This document shows positions 38,101 through 53,100 of a DNA stretch of 64,000 nucleotides, in pieces. Where the stretch lies: NCBI RefSeq assembly GCF_964355755.1, contig NC_092677.1:16204101-16268100 (forward strand), given 5' to 3'. Under the pieces are notes generated by a model. It worked only from the letters and a program-made list of their open reading frames with translations. It was not told the DNA's origin and did no database searches. The translations under genes were made by a program, and so were the position numbers. The stretch comes from Antedon mediterranea. Taxonomy: Eukaryota > Animalia > Echinodermata. Positions within the stretch are counted from its first letter, which is position 1. Each line of letters starts with the position of its first letter.

Positions 38101-41100
38101 GAGCTTCAACGGTTTGCCACCCTCTATGTTGCAACGTAGTTTCTATAGATAACAAACAAAACAGAAATTGTATTCTGTAATATAAGTCTTATTGAGTCAA
38201 AGGGCCTGCAAACCATGGCAAAAATATCATTACACATGCAAGGAACATCTCAACAATAGTTCAGATGTGGAACAAGTTTTCTTGGATAAGGATATTTTAA
38301 CTGGAGGTCTAGTGACACCTGTTGCAGTGAAGTTGAACATATTAACATAGAGTATTTTTCAAAAGAGTAAAAAAGCTTCTGGTACACCATAGCCCTGTCA
38401 AAAGGATGACTGAAGAAGTGGCGACCTCAGATCAGTTAAGCTAACTAAGATTGTTTAGATAATCTCTGATACGTCCTGATATGAACATTATGTAGAATGA
38501 ACTAAATCTAAAACTTACATCATATCTAACATCATTACAGAGTTCTTGTGGCTGGAAGATAATCTCAAATGAGACGGTCATACCAGGAGAGATGTATCCT
38601 GCAACAGGACTAATGCTGAAGTCTGGTGCAAACTTTTCAAGGTTCCACTTAAACCTGGAAAATAGACAAATATGATACATAACTTTAATAGTTTCAAAAT
38701 TACCATGAAACATTCTTGTTAAGATTATTATTCTTTTGGATTATTCTGTATTTCTTTACAATATGCAAATGATTTATTTGACTTACGCTGCTCCAATGTC
38801 TCCAGTGTTGTACATCAACAACTTTCTTGTGGTACTGCTCCTCATGGATACAGCTCCAAATGGTATGGAATCCTGGTCTAGAGTAATCTCAATGCCCTGA
38901 CAGGATCCATTAACAACAAACAAGGGTTGGGACAGTCCTTCACATTCCAACATCACCTAAACAACATTAAAATATTTCATATAAGTCCTACCTACTGATA
39001 GCCATTGGGAGACATTTAATATTAAAGAATTGATAGCTATTGGGAGATATTTAATATTAAAGAATTGATAGCTATTGGGAGATATTTGTTTTCAACTTTT
39101 AGTTGTGCAACACTGACATAAGATACACTTCTATTGGTGTATGGCAATTTTATATAAAATATCTCATATAAAAAATATAAATATATTATTCAAAGAATAA
39201 CAAGATACATATTAACAAATACACATTATTCTCTGAGTTGTGCAGGCAATATTTTACCAGTTCATGAATTAACACCATGGTTTGTGAGATTTTGATGAAC
39301 CCATCGTTTCAGTAATAAATTATTACGTCTATGGTTTTTATTCTTTAATTTCTGGAAATATTGCCTGCACAGCCAGGTTCATTGGTCCAGAAGAGAAAAC
39401 AAAACTATATAATTAATCACCTCTTCAGTAAATTGCGGAATGCGACACTTTGGAGTGAACAGCATTTCAAGATCGTATGTTCCTCCTTTTGGTTTTAACG
39501 TGATTGAATGACTCGGTGCTAGCATTAACACGTTAGGCAGCTGCTGCAGAGCTTGGCTAAATGGTGTGATGACTACATTGAAAGTAATCGGCGCTGGGCT
39601 TTTGTTAACAATTGGTATGGTCTTCTTAACAGCTTTTCCGATGCGAAGTGCCCCCAAGTTTAAGTTCTTATCTTTTGGATTTGCTACCTCAACTCTCATC
39701 TCTGTGCCATGACCGAAGATTTCAATGTTTTGCCGAGATAATCCATTAACTTCAAATGGGATAGTTTCATGATACTTTGTTGCATCTCGTGGGTAGAAGG
39801 AAAAGTGTACATCGCAGCATTGGTCAGGCTGTAGAACCTGCGCACTAAAGTGTACATCCAGGAATGAAGTGCTGGTGTAATTACAATCAAGGCTACAACA
39901 ACAAAAAATAGCATAATTAATCACTCATCACGCAAATTAATGATTCAATTCAAGTTTTTATAAGTACAGGATAACTCAATAAACCGATTTGCTGTGGATT
40001 TCAGGTGAGGTAAAGGTCACCTCTTTAAATAAATGGAATTGACTTTATATAAAAAATTATGATGCAGATGAGGACATCCCTTTAAAATGGAACTGACTTT
40101 ACTTAAACAGTGAAAGAACTAATTTAAATAAAATGAAATAAAGGGTGAGGCCTGTCCTCTACTAAGTAGCTAAATTTATGGGTTACTGTACCTTATATCT
40201 TTGTTATCCTTGTTAGTGATTGTCAAGAGTACTGTGTGTGTTGGCATACCAGCGCGGTGTATGAAACACGGTCCAAAGTCATGTCTGGTAAATGAGAAAT
40301 GTAAGCTTGGTGACACACAACTGCCAACAATACTGATAGGGAAGCTTGGTCCACTTGCCACCTGAGAAACAATAGACATTTGAAGAGTGTAACAATCAAG
40401 TAGAAAGCATGAATTAACATACAGTATAAATCAATATTGGTTCAAGACACTCCTCAACCGTGTTAGAACACTTCCAGCTCATAAGCTCTTAAAAAGAATC
40501 CATGCATCTTCGAAAAGACTAGTGAGTTACCCCAGTGTTCTAATCCATTACAGCCCTTTTAGGCTAACAAAACTATCAGTTGAATCAAGTTGTTACAGAA
40601 ACTACAATAGTGGGATGCAAAAGAAACTAAACTAATATTTGTTAATGTTAATAAATTAATAAGTCTTCAGACGATTTGTAATTGATTTAATCTACTTAAT
40701 AGCCAATTAAATCATTCAGGAATATTTAAGTCTAATTTTTTAATTACAGTAAAATATAATAACCAAATTAAATTTACCTTCAGGAGAAGTTCAATTCCAC
40801 TAAGAATAGTAGTAGCTGTCGGTTTGAATGTCAGAACACACCGTTTGCGATCATTACATGACACACTGCCGTTCTCGGGGTTGATAAGTAAGTTACGTGC
40901 AAATTTTTTTCGAGACGTTAAACTCCATTCAAAATCAAAATTGAATTTGCCAGAGTTGATAATGAAGAAAGAGCGCACTGCTTTTTCATTGACTTCAATC
41001 TTTAAAAAGGAATAACGACATTATTTGTAAAATGCTCTTCTAAACATTAATACAAGAATAAAATGTTTTGAGTGAGGGGTACAGCATAATGGTTAAGCCT

Positions 41101-44100
41101 GTTTTCCTGTCGACGTTAAGTTACGTTGAGTTGCGTTGAGTTGACATATTCAACGATTTAACAGGAAAAGGGGGTAAAAATTAACGTTGAAAATCATTAA
41201 AATCTTAAATCGTTAAAGTTGAACCGAGTTCAACTTTAACGATTACGATCGTTACGATCGTTAAAACTGGCCAATCAAATGGTCCACAAATTACGTCATT
41301 GCAGTTTGTGAAAAAATAGGTACGCGCTGACAATTCTTGAATGTTTACAACGCGACGATGTTTTTCACCTTTTTTGTACACTTTTAAGGTCTGATATTTA
41401 AAAAAAACAAGTGAAAGTTAAATTAAATTATAATATTAAACCAATTAAATTTAATGTTTGTCTTTAGTGTAAGCCTAGATTAAGATATCAACGAAAGTAT
41501 GTCCTAGGCTGGGTTTAAGCATCAAAACCCGTAACTTTTTCAATTTTCACGCGGTCCCGGCTGCGCGTGGCCGGCCTTAGTTTTGCAACACTTCACGTCC
41601 GCGTGTCCCAGCAACGCTCGAGAGAACCAAGAAACTATGAACGATCGCGCAAAAATGTGTAAATATTAGCGGTGCGACTCGATCATCGTCATCGCTATTT
41701 TATTTTCAACTTCAACGATTTTAAACTCAATGCAACTCAACGTATTTCAACGTTGACAGGAAAACAGGCTTTAAGGTTATACAAAAGGTACGAGACATGT
41801 CTGTGCCACTATTACTTGTACCCTTAGTCAAATTGCATATACATCAGAGAGGTCCTGTGTAAATACATTGCACTTGTGTACGATAAATTATTTGGTACAC
41901 TGTTTGTGTTTCCCTGGTTTGCTGATTATGATTCTGTACTTGGTCCACATGAGAAAAAAAGATCTCCCAGTACAAAAAAGAAATAAATCAAAAAGTTAGA
42001 AATTTAATACTCATGTTGTCAGAGCATACTACCTCTCCAAAATTAATCTCATTGAGTCCTTTTGATGTCAGTTCAACTTTCTTGCCATGAGAGTCTTCAC
42101 AAAACAATGTAGCACACATTGAGTATCCTTCAGCTTTTATGTTCAACTGGATCGGTAGTGTCTTCTTACGAATGCTAACTTTAAGGTTAAAGTTCACTTC
42201 CTTTTGTTCACGAGGCACAAAGTGTACATTAATGGGTATCCTATAAATAAATAGATAATGACATTTAAATATATTTGGGGTTGTATATCCTACTGGTAAT
42301 ACATTTTACCTTACGACTCAAATTCTTCTTTCTAAGTAATTATATAATTGGTATAAAAATAAACACATATTTATATGTAGTTCATCTTACTTTGCATGTG
42401 CAGGAATAGTTCCATCCATTGGTGTGACTGTAACAAATGATGAGAACCCTTCAGAATGGCACGAGGTCTCATCGATGGAAAACTGGAACGGTTTGTTCTC
42501 ATTGTTGGTGAGGTATACAGTTTCCTCGGCAGCATTACCTATTGAAAGAAAAATTAAGTTTTGTATAACTATGACAAGATGTCCAATCCCAAACAAATTA
42601 CGATCTTGAAGTGAGCTATAATGGATCTAAGGTCAATATTCCTCCAGTTATTCTTATTTGTGTCGATTCCTACTCTTTCCAAAATGCACAGGGTTCTTTT
42701 TAAGTGCAAGTCAGACTTTTTATGCGAGAAGACTTTGATTGATCAGTGGCTGTGATGTACTAATACACCGGGGTAACCCCCTACTTGTCTCAAAAGATGT
42801 ACTAGGTTCTTTAAAATGCACACAAGCTAGATGTGTACACTGGACCTACGGTTTATAGTCTTTATCCGAGAAGACTCGTTCTACCACCAGAACCATGGAG
42901 TGAGTGAGCCTCGAACCCCTACCGATGTTATGGCTACATAATTACAGTTCCACTGTCTTAACCGCTTGGCCACTCACTCACTCATTTAACCGCTCAGGCC
43001 ACTCATCACTCATTTAACCGCTCGGCCACTCATCACTCATTTAACCGCTCGGCCACTCACTCACTCATTTAACCGCTCAGGCCACTCATCACTTCTGGTT
43101 CAACATATTAATGTAGAATAGCATACCAACCCTATTTCTGAAGTCTTCACAGATAATTCATTTTGGTCTTACCTAATAGTATAGATCTAAAGTTGATATG
43201 AGATCTATCCATAGATATGGCTGGTTCTCTTGCATTGCCTACTAACAGGAATGGAACTGAAATATTCTGCTCTGGAATGCTGAACCTCCAGAAGGACTCA
43301 ACAACATCCAGTTGATTTGGGATAAACTCAAAATATATCTGCAAAATGAAATATTGATATTCAAGATTGTTTGCTTGCTAGTTTATTCATGTTTGAATGG
43401 AATGGAACAATGTTCATATATTGCACAAAGAAACGGCAACAAGAAGGTCTACTGACCTCATACTTCTTTCCTGGATTGACAAATCCATTAGGAGTCAAAC
43501 AGTGGAATACATCTGGCTCTTTTGGATCCGGCTCATCTTCACATGTCCACAGGAAGTTGTATCCCTGACACGTTGGATTCACAATGAAGAAGTTCCGTGG
43601 ATTCTTCACATTCACACCAGTAGAATTGAATTCAATCACTCTTGTATTGGGGTCAAGAGTAGCACCTGGTGGTGCTCCTCCAGGACCTCGCAGCTCTGGA
43701 TTACGTCTGGCGCTAGTGACGTAGTCAGAGTCTTCTAGTTCAAAGTGACAGAATGGCATTACACTTTTGCCATGAACAGCAATCACTGGTCCTTGCTTAC
43801 CAGGTTCCAAATTTGGAATACTACACACAGAAAACAAAATCACATAATAATACTGTAAATATATAAAAGTAACAAAAAAAGAAAATTTTACAAATTACAC
43901 AAGAATAACAGTGTGTGAGTAATAGTACGGCATTATAATTTAGTAGTACTATTTTCTATCTTACTGTGGCAGAGACATAATTGACAATGGTAAGCAGTAT
44001 CATGTGCAGTAATCTCTCATCTCATAAAAATACAATGACCTCTGAAAAAACCTGGCAAACTTACCGACAGATCAGCCTTCCTTCATGTTCCTGGACATCC

Positions 44101-47100
44101 AATGGAGAAAAGTTTATGTTAAAGTTCTGTTTCTTGCCAGCTGGAATGGTTCCGACATCTGGTGTAATGGTGAATGGAAACACGTCTGGGACATCTGACA
44201 TGATGCCAGTGCTGCAACGTGATGGTAGTCTCATGTGGTCCTTATCAGCAAAGCTAACTGATTTCCTCTGAGCAAGTTCTTCCATAACTACTTGCCAACT
44301 GTAGTCAAGCTGAATGGAACCTTTGTTGGCTATGAAAAATCTAGTGACAATTCAAAAGAAAGAGAATGGATCTTGTAAAAAATGTTTAAATCCAGTCCCA
44401 GTTCATATGCAATAATACTCTTGACAAAATTCAATGAATAATGAGGGGTTGCAATAAATCCAGAATGAGAAGGGTTGTGTAATCCCAAAAAAGCAGCCTG
44501 ACTTACACTACAGGGTAGTCTACTTTACCAAACTGTTTGCAAACTCTGCGTTTGCCACTGTTTCTTTAAACTGTCTCTGTTAACTGGGTTGCTGAATTCC
44601 CAAACCTCCGCAAACCAGTATGTCAAGAAGGTGCATGGCCTAACCTCTGCAAACTTTGCCAACGTTTGTAAACTGGTCTACACTGCCAAAATCTTTTTTT
44701 TTTTAAAGAAATTATTTTGTAGTTATACAATCTTGAGTCAGCAAGACTTACGTGTATACTCTAGTCTGAAACATCAATGTGTCCTTGAAGTTGACTACAT
44801 CTGGCTTGCATTTGAATTTTGCATAATCAGAGTTTACACTGACACACAGTTCAATATCACGACTGGAATCTTCCATTATTGTATAGGTGGGTTCTGGTTC
44901 AGTTTCTATTACCTAAAAAGCAATTAAATGGATTCATAATTTTCATAATAAAATAATGTAGCAAAGTAAGCCAATTTCTATCATACATCATTGGGTGGTT
45001 TTCATTACTTCATAAGAAAAATAACCAACCTTTTTCTTTGAAGGCTTTGGAGCTTCCATCATCTCCTTCCTTAACATCTCTTCTTCAGATCTCTCCTTCT
45101 CCATTTGTTCTTGTGCAGCTGCTGCCGCCGCCGCAGCTGCTGCAGCACCTCTCTTGTTCTCTTTCTTTCCTTCCTTCTCATCCTTTTTGCCATCTTGTGT
45201 TGACTTGGGACGGTTGACCCCTTCAGCAGACGTGTTTGGTCGAGTAGGAATCTGAGAGATGTCAACCCATTTGACAGTTCTCAGACGATCATCCCAATCA
45301 GCAACCTAGGAATGTTATGAAAATGATTAAGATATACAAATGTCTTGTGTCTAGTATTGCTAAAATGGGAACATTTCAGCATATTTGGGATCTTCTGAAT
45401 CAGTTATATACAGTTGTTGTGGAGTCTCATAGAGAATTACAAGAATTATTGTACTTTATACCTCGTAGAACAAAATATGTACCTGGTCTATTGGTTTATC
45501 AAATTTAATCTTTGATATTTTAGAATTAATTGTTTCATTCTGCAAGGTGATTGGTTCATTAGTTTTAAAAGTAATAGCAACATCTTTAGCACATCCTGCA
45601 TGTAGGTGACCAACTGCTGGTAGAAATTTCAGTTGTGGATGTTCTGGCCATTGGAAGCGAACAGTGTCTGTCTTGCTGTGATTGGTCATAGTGAAAGTCA
45701 GCTGACGTTGTTCACCGATGTGGCAGTCTCGGAAGTGGATTAGATTAGATGGTGCCGCTGAAATTAATGTTTAGAAAGGGAAATTTACAAAACAAATATA
45801 ATTTCCATCATAATCATAAAGATGTGCAATCAGAACCATTTTGATGTATTTATGGAAAGGTTGGTGACAGCTTGACATGAAGTCTTTAGGTCATATAAAA
45901 GTTCATTTAGTCCACTTTGAATGTATAAAGTGCATTGGTAAATACAAACAAATATACCCACCTATCACTTCCTCATCTCCAATAAGATTTTCAATATCGT
46001 TATCATCAATGTAGCTATGTATATTGTCCAAAGTAATCTCATCTTGATAGCCTTCTCCAACCAGCTGCACTATTGTCTCCTCATACTGATTGTCCATTAC
46101 AGAGACCCTGATGGTGGCAGCACATCGGACTGGTTCCGACGGCTTGAAGATCACATCAAAGTTTGCAATCTCGTCTACACCGATGATTACTGAAGCAGTG
46201 TGAGGTCGCTTTACTGGTATTTCATCTGTAAGATACAGTATGAGTTCATATATGATACATTTATTCTACAAATCAGAAACAACATTGTTTTTACTCTTTT
46301 TATTTAGAATACTCACCATCAAATTCTGGGTTGTAGTCTGAAGCTAGTGGGTATATCAGGTTGGTATCACCACATGCTTTAAGAATGAATGAATTATCTG
46401 GGCTATCCAGGTCAATGTCAACCTATAAAACAAATAAGTGTTCACTATGGGTAATTGTAATATAACTGCTGGTTGTTTTAGCATAAAAATGACGACGATC
46501 TGAAGTTGAACACTCATCAATTTAAATCAATTGCTGAATTTACAAAATAAATAGAAGGCACGTACAGTATGTATGTCAATAAATAAAATACACTACTTGG
46601 TAAGGCTCAATATATTTCATGATAATTAACAATGTCCAAGAACAGTCTATGAATTACATAATGTTTGCTCCAGTATTTACAAAGTTCAAAGTTACATTGC
46701 TAAACTTTACCCTAAACCTAAAGTTACTTAGTGTTACTTGTCCAGCAATAATTGTAACATTGATCAAATCAGGAATTCAGAACACTTACCTTACTTGGAA
46801 GTGTTCCCTCATTCTTTAGTGAGAATGGCAAACTTTGAGTTCTTTCAACAAGAATTTGTGAAAATAGCAGTATAGGATTGCCCTTCTTGTTGCGAATATT
46901 AGGCTTTGCTACCGTGATCCTAGGTAGGTTCCCTTCACCTTGCACCTCAAAGTTCAGGTTCTTCTGCTTGGCTTGTGCCCCGGACAACCCATCAACTGCA
47001 ACTTCAAAATTCCCTGTGTAGGTCTAATTAAATTTAAAATAAATGAACAATTAGTCCCATAATTTGTTAATTTGTCAACTTTTTGTTCATTACAGTAGAG

Positions 47101-50100
47101 TGAATTATATTAGTGTACTATTAAACATTAAGATTAGTGCTTATTGGACTTATTTCTAACCAAATGCGATTTCCTGCATTTTTTAAGATGCAAACAATAA
47201 CAATATCATCCAACACTTTAGTAATAGTATCATAGATCATAATCGGTTTACATTACTGCTAGGTTAAAAAGCTAAGCTACAGTACACCACTATAATCTCA
47301 ATCTGCCTACCTGCATAGATGGAGGTGAAAACATCACTTCAGCATACACATGGCTGTGTGCTGGAATGCATGCCCTGCTAGGCTCAACTTCAAATATATC
47401 TTGTAGTTTGGATGATGCCTTGAATGAATTCAACTTACAGGTGAACAGAACATCACAAGCAATCTTATTACGATTCATAATCTTAAACCGTGCTTTAGAC
47501 CTTCGTCCGACCAGAACATTTCCAAAGAGGAACCGGTTCTCGTCTTCACCATATACACCACCACTCTCCATACCCAACTGATGATTGTTGAGGAATACAC
47601 TAAGATTTTTGCAGATACGATGCTCTTCAAAGATTGAGGTGATATCCACAAGGTTGATGCCTGGTGTGCAAGCTTCAGCAAGCAACTTGTAAGGTATACC
47701 TTGAGGGTTCTGTGTTGGGTCACGGTCGTGTATGTCTATGGCAAGATCCTGCAAAGAAAGTGATCATAGTGGTGGCTAAATGAAAATGTATGTCAGTAAA
47801 GAGGGTGTTTATTTTTTCAGTCTTAGCCAAGCAATCAACCTGTATAAAGACTTGTTTGTCATGCCATAACCTGGGAATACACTGTGAATACTCCCAGTAG
47901 TAGTTTGGAATGGTTACCACTATCAATTTCTTGTCTGAAAAAAAAAAAGTAAGATTTTAATGTCTGATATCTCACCTCGTCACCTTTGCCTTCCGTCTCA
48001 GCCAGGCAATCTACCTGTACGATGACTTGATTACCTGGTAGCACCATGCCATACGCTGGGTAGACATTGAACATTCCCAGTTGTAGTCTGGACTGGTTGC
48101 CACCACCCATGTCTTGTCTGAAGATTAAAAGTAAAATTATGTTTACGAAATTATTAGTACAATACAATAGGAGATCCAATACAAAATACATATAAAAAGA
48201 AGCAACAATAGTTTTGGTAGTTTTGATCAACATCTTTATGCCATGGTGCTGCAATGAAAGCAGGATGAGTGAGCTTCTAGCAAATATTATGTCATCGTTT
48301 AACAGCATTTTGAGCATGTGTACACTTCAATCATCAGGAATTAAAAAACAGATGGTCATTATATGATTATGGTGAAAAGGGAGATGACGCAGAAAGAAAA
48401 ACGGAGTGAGGGAAAAAGGGAGATGACTAGGTGAAAAGAGAGATACTTAAGAGAGAAGGCCAAGGGAAGAAGGGTAAGATCAGTGAAAATGGTGGTTGAG
48501 AAGGAAGGTTTTAGGAAAATCTACAGTAGTATCATTTTTCTAGTTTATGCAGTAAAGTGAAGATATTTCAATCCAATCAAATCTCATGCACAAAATTATT
48601 TTTAAAATGTCACTCTTGACTTTTGTATTTGTATATACAGTAAAAACTAAGGTTCATTTGCATTTTTTGGTAAACTAAAAATATAAGATGCAGCAACATC
48701 AAAATTATATATAAAGTATATTTTAGCATCAAACAAGTAAGATTTAAATGGAAAACCAAAATGAAAAGAGTAGCTTTTTCGTTACGAATTCAAAGGATAA
48801 CATTTGAAAATAAGGTGTACATTCATTGGTTAGTTTTAACAGTGTTAGGTTTAAACAGTCAAACAAATTACCTTGTTGATAATCTTTGGGTACAATGGAA
48901 AATATGACAAAGTAATGTATTATTAGTATTTATAAATATGAATATCATATTTTGTAACATATATACAAAGACAAATCTTAAAATTTCACAAAAGGTTAAA
49001 TGTTTCTTTAACTGTAAAACATAAAAAATAAAACACCAAAACTCATTTAACAAGCGTGTTTTAAAATAGAAACCCATCTAAGCCAAGAATTACAAAGAAA
49101 CCCCAAGTAAACAACAAACTCAAGTATTACAAAAAAAATGTACAGTACTACAAAGAAACCAAAAAAAAAAAACAAGAAACACAAAGACTTTTGATTTACA
49201 GGTGCTGTTATCTTACACACCTCATTGAATCAGCACGTTTAGGCTTGGCAACTGAACGACCTGAGCTAGAATCATCCCTAGATTTACTTCGTTTTCCACC
49301 AGGTGGTCTGAAAGAACACAGCATTATTTTAAAATCTGATTTACTCTTCTCTAGAACACACTAAAAGGCAACAAGATTACTCTTTGTATCACTGACAATT
49401 CAGAGGAAAGTGTTGCAGGCTTGAGCATGTGCCTTACTTAATATCTTGATCTTCACTAAACTGTGGAAACTGCAACATAATATGTAGCCAATAAGAATAG
49501 ACATCTTCTACAATGTACATGACATTGCATTTACTCCACAAAATTAAAAAACCATGAATGAGGCATATATTTTTTAATTGTATTGTATGAATGCTAATAC
49601 TATATCGCTATTATTAATATTGATGACTACTGTATAATGTTCTAATAGACATTTTGTGGTCTTACTGTTGTATCATGCAAAATAACATTCCCAACAGTGA
49701 AGCAACATTAAAAGCAATGTTTAAAGCAAATAGTATATGCAGTGGTCAATGTATTAAGGTTTCTTTAGAATGAGAATGTATTAATATAGTGTGAAAATGA
49801 AATGTTACTATATTGGATATCTTATCTTATGTGAAATACCTCAAAAATAACATTGATGTCCTTGAGAGTTTAAAGAAAGATAAAGAAATAATTATTAAGA
49901 AAACATTAATAAATGGTAAGTATACAGTAACATATGTGCTAAAGTTCTCTCCCATAAGTATACAGTAACATACAATAACAATTATTTTTGATGTGCTAAA
50001 GTTCTCTCCCAGGCTAAAATAATTTAATGGCTTTGATTATTTTACATTTATCCTATATCCGAGATAACAGATCTTAATTTAATGTTGCCTTTAATTGAAT

Positions 50101-53100
50101 TTGTCTAAAACACCTGTAATATATTCAAACCACAATATTATTCATACTTACACTCTGCCTCTGACCAATGGCTGTTGTGATGTTACATTTTTCTGCATCT
50201 TTGTGATAAAATACTTAAAGTCAAACTCTCCTTTGTTTTCAATGATGAATGTACGTTGCTTGCGAGTGTGAGTCAACACTGCACCGAAATTAATGTCGTT
50301 CACTGGGTAAATGTTATACTTGCTGAATATGGAGCGGACGCTAAGTTTTACCGGGATACTGGCGATTATCTCACCGCCCTCTGTTACCGACGGTTCAATA
50401 ACCTTATACAACAGAAAAAGTTAATTGAATCAATAATCAACAATTAAATCAACAACTTACATAATCAGAAATGTAATCACAATCGTCATCAGCTTAGCAT
50501 CTAGAAACTCAACGATTATTTTTAACATCTGTTATCACACACTAGTTTTTGTACAGGCAAAACTTTATTAATTCAATCAAAAAGCCACCAACCATACACT
50601 CAATAATAATAAATATAAAAAAGGTGATCTGAAAATAAATAATGATATCAAACTCTAAATTTGTAATACTGTTTTCTTACATGGCATTTTAGGATTGGCT
50701 GGTCTTTAATTGTATTTTCTTTGCGAGACTTAAAGATGACTTGTACGCTGGTAGGACGGTCATTTGGTACAAGTAAGCCTTTCTGAGGAATCACAGAGAA
50801 CAGATTGATTTGCTCGGGACCACACATATTAGTTGACTCAAAAACAAAACTGAAAAAAAAAAACATTTTTAAATGTTACTAATGTCTAGTTAGGATAATA
50901 ATTGTGGTGGATTAAAAAAAAAATTATCTGTACGGAGATCTGTTGACCATCAAGTCGAGAGAGAGAGAATAGTTTGTTGGCTATGGTCAGTGGCTTTTGG
51001 AAAACATATCTTCAATGCCAATTTTGTTCTTACAGTACATAGAAAATTTTACAGTTACAGTACATACTTGTAAGCAATGTCATATCTTCCTTTGTTCTTC
51101 AATGAGCATGTCTGCTTTGTTTCATCCAGTACTTTGATAACGCCAAAATCTAGGCCGCCATCAGCACCTTTAGGGAAACTCATATCTAGAGCTACGTCAT
51201 ATGCCTCGGCCAATACTTGAATATTCTCCGTCTGAAGTAGGCCCATAATGTTCTCAGCATCAGATACCTAAGATGATAACATTGCAACTTAACATATTTC
51301 TCTGGATTTGGTCATCTGTATTGTTATAATGTTGTCATGCATAATTACTATTATTACTAATTTCTTTTACTTACTTCCAAACGGACTGTCTTCTTCAAAT
51401 TTATAGGCTTCATAGCCCTAAAATGAGCGTTAAGTGCAAACTCTGATTTGGGATCAATTACACCAGAATCAGTAGTCACAGAGAAGTCATCACCAAGGTT
51501 TTCAAGACCACTGATTCGCCATGAGACTGGTAATAATGTGCTGTTACGTAAGTAAATGGTCTTTGTATCTTTTCTGAGAAAGAACAAATAATAATAAAAG
51601 TAATCAATTCTAAAATGGCAAATACAAACAATTATGTTTAAGTGTGATCGTTTTGTAACCAATTGAAGAAATTATAAAATAAAGTTATAATTTCAATTTG
51701 CAAGAATTTAATTAACCTGTACCATAATACCAAATAATCTGATAATCAAAATAGAGGGGTTGTGTATAGTCCGTGAAAGAAACACAGAAATATTTTAAAT
51801 AGAAAAGTAACATGTTCCCAAGAATAAGTGAGTTTTTGAAAACAAATAATAGTAATTAATTAGTATAAAAAAGATGAGTAATGATGACAGGTTTGGGGTT
51901 GAGGCATCCACTTATTTCCAGGCTAAATGAAAGGAATAAACACACAACTGTACCTAAGCAGATGGTAATAGGTACTGCCATACATTTATTCACTTTCTCC
52001 ACAGGACAGATGCCTAAACCACTGTGCTTTCATCAGCTTACCTATGTAACAATACTCTTTCAAAATGGAGTTGCTTCTTGTCTAGTTCCAGTTCTGGTCT
52101 CACTCCATAACAAGCTACCTTGAACATCACTGGTTCTGGGTTTTCTCGAATGCAGCAGACAATTGAGTCTTCAAAGTAGCCTTGATTCTTAGGGTATACC
52201 CAGATGCTAAGCTCTTCTGTTTCTCCAGGCTTTAAAGACATGTTTGGAGGATCCAATAGAAATGTTGTGGCATTACCGTCATGCTGGAAGCAGAAGCTCA
52301 CTTCCACATCCAGTGGTGATGTATTGCAGATCTTCAATTTCTCAGTGTTTTCAGGGTACTTGCCCTCTTTGTAGCGGTCCCTGGACTTGCCTGCGAGTAG
52401 CGGCCCCATCATCATTGTCTCCGTGCTCAAGATGTATTTCTTGTGGACTATCTCATCTGTGCGCTTGCTCTTCTTACGATTAGGAAACACAATTCTAAAT
52501 TTGCAAAAAAGTTATAAAAGTGATAGATATTGCTAATTCATAACTCCCTCTAGAACTTCCTTTACAACTCTCCTCTTTATAATTACTATCTCAGTCTGTC
52601 TGAGTCTGTTCTATTAATATTAAATCACATGGTAAAACCCTAGTTCTTCTATGCACTACTGTACTTCATTGAATCTCTGATACATATAATATTCTGGCTT
52701 TCTGATATCCAAACAAACCGCAATAACTGTTCTTACCTAGGTTCTCTGCTAATGTTGGGGAAGGCACAAACTCCTCTATTAAAAAGCTGGTACCGTCTTC
52801 TAGTTCCTGTGATTTCAAAGTTTAGGGTCTGATCAAATTGTCCTAGCTCCTCTGATTGGAAGCGCAATCGTAGCATTACTTCACCTCCTGGTTGTATTAC
52901 CCAGCGGAATGTACTCAACCTTTAACAAAGAGTAGAATTGAAATAGAGGAATCTGGAAAATAGTTAGTATACTGATATCCAGAGGATGAAATCGAAATGT
53001 GAAATTGGAACAGTATAGAAGTTGATTTGAGGTAAAAACCAGGCAGGTTTACAGTAGTAAGCCATGATCCAGAAAACGAACTAAACTGGGGTATGTAAAA

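Noticed and set aside
44510-44690. Possible extra HYDIN exon or ORF 44589-44927
   Set aside because: The flanking exons join in phase without it, and the segment looks like a degenerate inverted-repeat element.
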